NCBI GenBank assembly: GCA_036172245.1
Contig: JAYWIR010000001.1
Location: 3,286,001 to 3,350,000 of the forward strand
Direction of reading: 5' to 3'
Source: Raillietiella orientalis
Lineage: Eukaryota
DNA: 64,000 nucleotides
Part shown: piece after piece, positions 61,001 through 64,000 of the stretch
Layout of the letters: each line of letters opens with the position of its first letter
Numbering within the stretch: the first letter of the stretch is position 1
Position numbers and translations under genes: made by a program
The notes under the pieces: generated by a model
What the model was told of the DNA's origin: nothing
The model's database searches: none
What the model saw: only the letters and a program-made list of their open reading frames with translations

Positions 61001-62229
61001 TGTCATCATCATATTCACGACTAGCATTTTAGGATATTTAGAATGATATTTGAGAACATTGATAATTAACGTTGAATATTAAGTCGTTAAATATAAGACT
61101 ACAACGAAGCATCTATGGCAACTTAGAAGTTCATAGTAAAAACGGATTACCGAGATTAAGGTACTTCAACGGGTATCAAATGATTATGGGAAGCTACAGC
61201 TCTTCAGTCGCGGTTTGTACATTACATCAGTCTTTCATCCGTAAGCTGGATCCCATGGAAAGTATTCCATTCCATGGATTTTGGATCATACTGTTACAAC
61301 CCCGGTTCCCACACCCAGCATAGTAACCATACATGAAACATACGTGATTTCTCCATTCTTGAAGTTGAGGTGCGAATCATACAAGAACATGATCACGTCT
61401 AAAAAGTTTGGATTCCGGGCGGAGAGAAAACAGGGAAATAAGACTCGATGAAGTAACCTCAGGAAGATGTCCAGAACTCTTAGAGTGCACTAAGACAAAA
61501 AATATGAACTGGACGATACGCTTTGGGAAATGAACGCTTTTATCCTTTCTGACTAAGCCATCGCCTAGATAACACAAGCTGCTTTATGTCTGCCGTCGTT
61601 TTAATCGTTCAGACCACTAACGGCCAGCGAAAGAAACATTCAGGAGATGGGCCGCAGGAGACACGTAGCCTTTCCATCAGATCCCAAACATCTTCCCCAT
61701 AAAAACAAGAGAATAGGGAAATTCGAATTAAGGAAAACAGGATGCCAAAGCAGAACGCCGTGTTCCTTTCGAAGATGCATCCCACAGAGCAGAGACACCT
61801 CGTGGGATACTGCCGTGAGTTACGAAACTTGAGATATTTATCGGATGAGCTACATATTTTGACCGGGAGATGCACTTAAACGGTGCTCATTGACATCTGA
61901 AATTTCTTAACGAGAAGGCAGAGATTCCTTGAATGCAAACGGAACTATTCCCTATTCTAATTCTATTTTATCTTTTTTTTTTTGTTTTTAGTAGAAGGCG
62001 AAAGAATTATGCGTTATAATGGGGACCTTTATGTTTTTTCTTTTCTTTTTTGCGATCATGAATTGCAATGGCGTTGTCTTAGGGGACGGAATTTCACGTT
62101 CGGAGTAGGTAGAATGAAGAGGATGTGTTTTACACTAAACATATTGAAAGTTGGCACTCTCGCGGTGAAAACAGGAAAAAAAAAATTTCGTTTGGTACCA
62201 CCCACGGAGATCGTAGGCACAGAGAGAGA

Positions 62230-62560
62230 AGAGATTCCAGGAGCGGATCCTCTCCGGGTTTTGTTAGGAGAAGAAATGAGGATTGGCCCCCTCCAGAGTA
62301 TCCCTTCGGAGAGAATAAGGAAGAAGCTCACTTCGAGGTTCTCTTTCAAGCGTGATGGACCATCTTCCAAGCGTGATTGGAACGGACTCCTTCCTCCAGA
62401 GTCTTCCTGGATTCATAGGGTGGTCCCCTACCGCGGTACTGCTAACTTCAAGAGCTACACACACCCTCGGGTGGCGTGGACAGTGTTAAAGAGCCTCGTG
62501 AGCCCCCCTAAGGAGGCGGGAAGTTCTTCAGTACTCCTTGAGAACCAAAAAGAAAAGAAA
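62230..62560 (+). mobile_element. SINE-like family, 5'-truncated copy C (opposite orientation to A, B, D)
   Basis: Reverse complement TTTTTGGTTCTCAAGGAGTACTGAAGAAC...TCCACGCCACCCGAGGGTGT...CCCTATGAATCCAGGAAG aligns with 23031-23200 and 25288-25425. A-rich tail at 62547-62561. Confidence 0.75.
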
Positions 62561-63074
62561 ACCCTCCGCAAGAAAACAAAAAAAAAATCGCTTCTGGGAA
62601 GGTCATCTTTCCCGTGGTACAGACTCAACGAAGAAACAAACTGCATGCGCAAAAGTCTCAGCTGCCGGATGAGCTGCCCGCCGTGGTTCAGTATCGTCAG
62701 GCATCTTCTAGATAGCTGAAGGGTAAAATCACTCGCGAGGAGCTGCGTTCAGCAAGTCCAACCAGGATTCAACTCCCGGAAAAAAGTTCAAGGCAGATTA
62801 TTTGGGTATCGACAGTGACCGCCGGCTGAAGCAAGAAAACACGTCACCAGTTTCACTTCGCCTGTGCGATTTCAATGTTACTCTCAATGTGCTCGTCAGC
62901 TGTGGAGACTCCGTGACCTTTTTTCAGGCTCTCCGACGCACTTTCGACGCTGTCATCCAAGAGCGGGTCAAGTACTTTGGTACGCGTCTCGGAAAGTCCG
63001 TTTGGCTGCATTGGCTAGACCCTCTTGAAAGAGGTTAAATTCCGAGAGCCGAAATCCCGAAAGAGCTTAAAAAT

Positions 63075-63450
63075 AAATGCATATGCTTATGATACATATT
63101 TGTATTGAGATTAGTGTATATTATAAAGATTATAGAAAATAAATACATGTTTGTGTATGGATTAATATACGAATTTAACATACATATTGATCATATTTAT
63201 TAACGTACATATTATGAGTACTTATATTACCTTAACACAAGTATTTATTTTTTATATTCGTTGATATATATTAATACATATTGCTAATTATATTAATAAA
63301 TAAGTATGCTAAAATAAATTTGCGCATTAGTCTATATATACACATACACATTAATATACTTAATATGCATATATATATATATTCTAGAATCTTTATAATA
63401 TACATTGCTCTATATGTTAATCTATATATAAATAAAGATATGTATTTACT
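63075..63450. repeat. Very AT-rich low-complexity tract
   Basis: TA/ATAT-rich sequence with few G or C; the overlapping 80-aa ORF is compositional noise. Confidence 0.7.
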
Positions 63451-64000
63451 TTTATGATCTTTTGTGATTCTGATTTTCAGAATTTTGATCGGCACAGTCT
63501 GAATAGTCGCCATGTCAGTAACAAAGCAGAGCTGCCAGATAAATGCTTGGTGCTGCAGATCAGGAAAAGCAACAAAAGCAAAACGTACGCAAATTACGAG
63601 ATGAGAATACGGTATTTTGAAACTCGAAATGAAAATCAGATCTCAAGAAGGCTCCAAAAGGGAATTTTTTTTTTTTTCGTCAAACGGGAGCGGAATTAGA
63701 GGGAAAGTGCAGTTATGTCCCCGTTGCCAGCTGAAGAGCACACTTACATGCTGTATGGCGAACGAATCGGAAAAGAGCCATCTGGTCTCTCAACCGCCCC
63801 AGTGAGTAGCGCTTCCTGCTAGTAGGTTCGGGATGATGTCGACTTTCATCAATCTGCAAAAAAGAGCACCGTCACTTGGCAGCCATCGATGGTTACCGGA
63901 AGGTTTCCTTTTTCTAAGAAAAATTCGGAGTCGTCAACTGGATTGGTCACTTTCTTGCTTCATCGTCTTACACATTTAGCTAGATAAGATCTCCGGTCAG

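Noticed and set aside
61973-62587. Second element with T-tract/A-tract inverted ends
   Set aside because: T11GT5 and A4CA10 are complementary, but there is no flanking duplication and such tracts are common in this window.

Overview
Eukaryotic (arthropod-like) nuclear DNA, not a prokaryote. Three recognisable spliced genes lie in AT-rich sequence: a divergent Siah/SINA RING E3 ligase (+, 12049-13004), GAPDH (-, 18329-19380) and a Trm10/TRMT10A-like tRNA m1G9 methyltransferase (-, 44214-48435). Their five short introns are only 39-45 nt. Two GC-rich orphan coding regions lie at about 34.2-35.9 kb (+) and 54.4-58.0 kb (-). The window also has an intact tRNA-Lys(TTT), a U6 snRNA fragment, and a decayed ~1.3 kb insert that looks Wolbachia/Rickettsiales-derived (collagen-like pseudogene, small pseudogene, palindromic repeat). 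The most unusual system is an interspersed family of about 7 copies with a tRNA-like Pol III head, internal ~45-bp repeats and an A-rich tail. Two copies carry a short ORF antisense to the head whose divergence is biased to third codon positions and which follows a conserved hairpin. A third copy is bounded by a 14-bp duplication with T-tract/A-tract inverted ends. All alignments and counts were done by eye; no database searches were run.
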